From an uncultured Nitrososphaerota archaeon (GTDB lineage: Archaea; Thermoproteota; Nitrososphaeria; Nitrososphaerales; CADDZS01): a stretch of DNA of 64,000 nt. Position numbers and translations under genes: made by a program. Under the pieces are notes generated by a model, which saw nothing but the letters and a program-made list of their open reading frames with translations, did not search any database and was not told where the DNA came from. Each line of letters opens with the position of its first letter. Position 1 is the stretch's first letter. This document shows positions 60,194 to 64,000 of the stretch, one piece after another. The stretch lies in assembly GCA_963799845.1 (NCBI GenBank), contig CAWCYI010000004.1, forward strand, positions 640,001-704,000. The letters run 5' to 3'.

Positions 60194-60231
60194 CGGAAAT
60201 CTTCCAGAAATTAGGTTCGTTGAAGTATAAA

Positions 60232-61485
60232 TCAGTTGTCGATTGCCGGCCTCGTTTGGATCATTGATTTACGAGCTCCATCTTGTCTAGAGGCAGTTCC
60301 GAAAACGCTCCTGAACTTGTTTCTGTCGAAGAATATGTCTATGCCGGCGAAAACGTCGACGAGGGGGAGGGCAATTTTCATTCCTTCAGCTAAAGGCCGA
60401 TAATCGGGACTATCAGCCTGCGGATTCAGCCAGACCACTCTCCTTACCTGACGACCTATTCCCCGCAACCCATTCCTGAAAGTGTCGAGATCGCCCAATT
60501 CCCAACCGTCGCTTATTATGACGAAGACAGTGGAGGATCGAAGAACCCCCGAATATTTCAAAAGAAGTTCCATGAAAGCAGATCCGATTCGCGTCCCGCT
60601 GCTCCAGCTATCGACGTTCCTTGAAATGAGATCTGAAGATTCCCTCAGAGACTTTCCCTGCAGATATCTGTTCAGAGGTACTACTCTAGTACTGAATCCG
60701 AAGATGGTTGACCCGCGGATCGTATTGCTCATATGGTACACGATCTTGAGAATCTGGTTGCTGTAAATATCCATAGAACCGCTAATATCGCACAGGACGA
60801 CGATTCTAGATTTTGAGATCTTTTTCGATCTGAGTTCGATCTCAATTTCTCGGCCGCCTGTTTTCAAACTAGTTCTGAGCGTCCGTCGGAAATCAAGCTC
60901 ACGACCTTCGTACATTCCATAGCGCCGCCCCGGCAAAGTCGCGGTTACTCTTGCAAAACTTCTCAATCCGCGTTTTAGACGGAGTCTGTCCTTCGCTTCG
61001 TTCAGCTCGGCGAAACTTTTGCGGCTCTGCGTTTCAAGTGGGCTGTAAACTGCAAGAATTTTGTTATCCAGGTCGGCGCCCGGAGCTGCTGACTGGAACA
61101 TGCTTCCGGCGGTGACTCTTCCCCTGCCTATCCGGTTGGAATTTGGAGATTTTAGTGATCTCTCAATTTTTTCTCGTGGTAGACTAACCCTACCTAGAGG
61201 ATTTCTTCTTCCGGCTTTTGGATCAAGCCAGAACGTTCTGAAGAGAGTCTCAAACCGTTCGTAATCTTCAGACCTCTTCACAAGGGTTGTTCGGAGTACC
61301 GTGCGAAAGTCTTCCAATTTCGAAAGATCGGTTATCGGGATCGCTTCAGCCATATCTAGAGTCTCCGACGGAGTCACTTCGAACGATTCCATGCGAAGAA
61401 GCTGACTGAATCGAACGAGCCGATTCAAAAAAGGCACTTCTTGTTCGACCTTTGAATTAACTTCGTCAGAAAGATCAGCGGTCAT
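60232..61485 (-). CDS. CoxE-like VWA domain protein
   Basis: LDFRRTLR, LCDISGSM (MIDAS), FSTR, WSSGTRIG, ISDGW, WLNP. Confidence 0.9.
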   Translation of the reverse strand: MTADLSDEVNSKVEQEVPFLNRLVRFSQLLRMESFEVTPSETLDMAEAIPITDLSKLEDFRTVLRTTLVKRSEDYERFETLFRTFWLDPKAGRRNPLGRVSLPREKIERSLKSPNSNRIGRGRVTAGSMFQSAAPGADLDNKILAVYSPLETQSRKSFAELNEAKDRLRLKRGLRSFARVTATLPGRRYGMYEGRELDFRRTLRTSLKTGGREIEIELRSKKISKSRIVVLCDISGSMDIYSNQILKIVYHMSNTIRGSTIFGFSTRVVPLNRYLQGKSLRESSDLISRNVDSWSSGTRIGSAFMELLLKYSGVLRSSTVFVIISDGWELGDLDTFRNGLRGIGRQVRRVVWLNPQADSPDYRPLAEGMKIALPLVDVFAGIDIFFDRNKFRSVFGTASRQDGARKSMIQTRPAIDN

Positions 61486-62408
61486 TTCGGAGACTCTTCA
61501 AGGATGTTTCTGAGTCTTTCCTCGTCGAAAAGAGCGAATTCATCCGAATTTTTCAGTATGCAACTGAGAGTCTGTCTCGCCACAACGGGAGTTAGTCGAT
61601 TTTCTCCCAGGACTTGTAAAGCGGAAGCCCAGTCCAGTGTCTCGGAAGTTCCCGGCTTACGAATCACATCTTCGGACGAGCGTATTTTTTCTACGGCCGC
61701 AACGACATCCTGAGCAAGTTTTTCTTCGATCCCTGGAACTTTCAATTTCACTATTGCCAGCTCCTTCTCGAAAGATGGATATGACAGATATAGGTAGAGA
61801 CAGCGGCGTCTCAGGCCGTCGCCGAGCTCGCGAGTGTGGTTGGAAGTGATGATAATTATTGGGCGATGTTTTGTCTTAAATGTCCCAAGCTCTGGAACAG
61901 TCACTTGAAACTCGGCAAGGAGCTCGAGTAGAAATCCCTCGAATTCTTCGTCTGCCCTATCTATTTCGTCGATGAGTAAGACCGGCGGAAGGCTACCCTC
62001 GTCGAGTACGGCGTCAAGAAGTGGGCGCTTCAATAGAAATCTTTCGCCGAAAATCTCTTGCTCTAACTTATCGGGAGATGACTTCTGCTCTTCGATCCTT
62101 ATGTGCAGAAGCTGTCTCAAGTAATCCCATTCATAGATCGTTGAATTCGCGTCCAAGCCTTCGTAGCACTGCAAACGAATGAGCCTGGTACCCAGTCCCT
62201 CGCTAAGAACCTTCGCAATCTCAGTCTTTCCACATCCAGGATCTCCTTCGATCAACAATGGCTTGCGCAGTTTCAAGGAGAGAAAAACAGCCATTGCTAT
62301 CTGGGGGTCTGCGACATACTTAGCTTTCTCGAAAAGTCGCGTCAGATCTTCAATGGTTTCAATCCCGATAGTTTGATCGGGCCTATTCACAGGACTCCCT
62401 ACTTGCAA
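61482..62408 (-). CDS. MoxR-family AAA+ ATPase (CoxD-like)
   Basis: LLIEGDPGCGKT, RLQCYEGLD, LLIDEIDRAD, ITSN, LRRRC. Confidence 0.93.
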   Translation of the reverse strand: MQVGSPVNRPDQTIGIETIEDLTRLFEKAKYVADPQIAMAVFLSLKLRKPLLIEGDPGCGKTEIAKVLSEGLGTRLIRLQCYEGLDANSTIYEWDYLRQLLHIRIEEQKSSPDKLEQEIFGERFLLKRPLLDAVLDEGSLPPVLLIDEIDRADEEFEGFLLELLAEFQVTVPELGTFKTKHRPIIIITSNHTRELGDGLRRRCLYLYLSYPSFEKELAIVKLKVPGIEEKLAQDVVAAVEKIRSSEDVIRKPGTSETLDWASALQVLGENRLTPVVARQTLSCILKNSDEFALFDEERLRNILEESPK

Positions 62409-62649
62409 TCTTCCAACCTATCCCTCCTCGAGCCATACCAATAGTATCATTCACGTTGTTCTAGAAAAATCTTCTATTTCAGTGGGACATGACTTTATCG
62501 GTTCTCCTTCAGCTCGAGCCCTCCATAGGGTTAGCATGTAGACGCAGTCAAAAACTTGTGAATGCTCGTCACGATAGTTTTATTCGCCTGTAGCCAATCG
62601 AACAGGCTTCGCTGACAAACGGGACGCCGCCAGCAATTTTGACCATAAC

Positions 62650-63003
62650 AGCATGTTCAAGTCTACTTATCGGTTATTGAGTAGCGGCATTGTTAACTTG
62701 GTGCAAACATCATTGTTAACTTGAATGAAACATTGCGTGCTCGTTCTGTCTGCTCTTTGCAGATGTGCTCGATTCGTTCGTGATCTGAGTATCTTCGTTT
62801 TCGGATGTCAAACTGATGTCGTAACCATGTTGCGGGTGACAATGATTTAATGTTTAGTGAACGTTCACAATGATGTCAACCGGATAATATCGCCAAGTTG
62901 TTTCAATAACAACATGGAGTATTGTCATGTTGTCAATGATGTTGATTATGATGTTGTCAAGCATGTTAATTGGCATGAACGTGGACAACACTGGTATGTT
63001 GAC
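62650..63003. repeat. Non-coding degenerate 11-12-bp / 23-24-bp tandem repeat tract
   Basis: CATTGTTAACTTG at 62688 and 62711; ATGT at 62805, 62816, 62827; ATG at 62927, 62939, 62951, 62963, 62975; ATGTTGTCAA at 62927 and 62951. Confidence 0.75.
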
Positions 63004-63017
63004 GCTGTCTTGTCTTT

Positions 63018-64000
63018 CTAGTGCGTCATCGCACTGACGGACGTCGCGCCGGTTGGTTTACCAGCCATACGTGTTAGATACTTTTGAATGTCGCTCCAGG
63101 ATTTGCCGGCGATCGGAATGCGCTTTTCTCTCTGCCTTTGGAATCAAACCAGATGGCGGTTGGTGTTCGGGTGACTTTGTATTTGTCAGCGAGACTGCCA
63201 CAGGCGTCCATTTCGATTGGTGCTTTTAGTATTGGAATTTTATCGCCGATTGCTTCATTTGCTGCTTTTAGGAAAGGCGGGCAATTGTGCGTGAGATGCC
63301 CAAGTGAGCATATCAAGTCACCATCAACAGTTACGTCAAACACGTCCCCTTTGTAGAAAGTTCGTTTTATTGATTCCAAATTCATGAAATAATAATCTTC
63401 ATCGAGCCACGACATTACTCTTATTTGATTGACAAATGGGGTGAAGGTGTTGCGATATTCTTGTTTGACATTCACACGACGCCCCATTATCACGTCTTCA
63501 CCAGCAGGTGTACCGAGTTGTAACGAACTCAGATAGCCAAGCTTGATTCCCGGAAATTGAAGTCCATGCGCAAGCTCTTTACTAACAGTTGATGATCTGT
63601 GGCCATGAATTTCCGGAGTTCCATCGCCTTCCAGATAGTTTTTCAGCAGTATTGATCCCATTCTGTTTGGAAGCGCCAGTTCCCGCCCGGCAAACGTTTT
63701 CCGATTGCACCTCTTCCAAAATGATGTGCTAAAAAACGCCCCAGCTTCATCGAATACACAAACAACCTAACACCGTCCTTCGTTGATTTAATGCTGTTTG
63801 ACACTTTCAGTCGTTTAAAATGCTGGGATAATTACAAGGCGCCCTCATATTCCAAATTGCTTTTTCCTAGACTGAATAGTACATCCGTCTTTTTTGGCAC
63901 AAATGTACCTTCTGCGAGATACCTTCCCGCAACAGCCAACATATCATCATTAAGCGGGATCCGCTGGACACGTCTGATGCATCTAACTCTGATTCCATCC
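63018..64000 (-). CDS. Thioredoxin-like protein interrupted by a LAGLIDADG intein (5' part outside window; stop and indels present)
   Basis: C-extein C-PPFLKAANE..IPILK..LADKYKVTRTPTAIWFDSKGRE; stop at 63832-63834, indels near 63685 and 63125. Confidence 0.65.
63284..64000 (-). mobile_element. Intein with LAGLIDADG homing endonuclease (C-terminal part)
   Basis: Block C AVAGRYLAEG, block D GAIGKRLP, block E LLKNYLEGDG, block H STVSKELAHGLQF, blocks F/G YKGDVFDVTVDGD..GHLTHN|C. Confidence 0.88.

Noticed and set aside
62584-62610. GCCTGTAGCCAATCGAACAGGC resembling a tRNA 5' end or att site
   Set aside because: Only a 6-bp hairpin; no cloverleaf or T-loop
63120-63840. Stop codon and indels in the intein gene as proof of endonuclease decay
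   Set aside because: A genuine stop or frameshift would kill the host protein as well; error density here may reflect poor consensus, so decay and artefact cannot be separated

Overview
Archaeal chromosomal DNA, read from radA, TFB, TATA-box promoters and frequent TTG/GTG starts. Gene content points to a heterotrophic Nitrososphaerota/TACK-type lineage (inference). About 60 CDS cover peptide and amino-acid catabolism, DNA repair (radA, AlkA, SplB-like radical SAM, PNK), guaB, msrA, moeA, thrC/asd, a surface-glycan cluster, a PhoU-type regulator, an MMPL transporter and a coxD/coxE/xdhC maturation operon. No rRNA, tRNA or CRISPR array was seen. Main highlights: (1) a tandem TTACWGTAA box (11-bp period) beside the TATA boxes of both radA and the SplB-like repair gene, a candidate archaeal DNA-damage (SOS-like) operator; (2) a LAGLIDADG intein at the right edge whose C-extein starts at a Cys and has a thioredoxin-like sequence; (3) a fully delimitable tnpB-only IS200/IS605 element (8324-9686) that splits a VOC gene, giving TAM, guide and an atypical RuvC-II; (4) two helically phased non-coding repeat arrays (AGCT array at 16.4 kb; 11-12-bp ATGT array at 62.7-63.0 kb); (5) a stand-alone MIT-domain repeat protein, an FHA-like protein, an arcadin-1-like gene and several unannotated Cys/His microproteins. 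Many single-base indels in short homopolymers suggest long-read consensus errors, so most frameshifted genes are probably intact. All family calls come from motif recognition by eye; no database searches were run.
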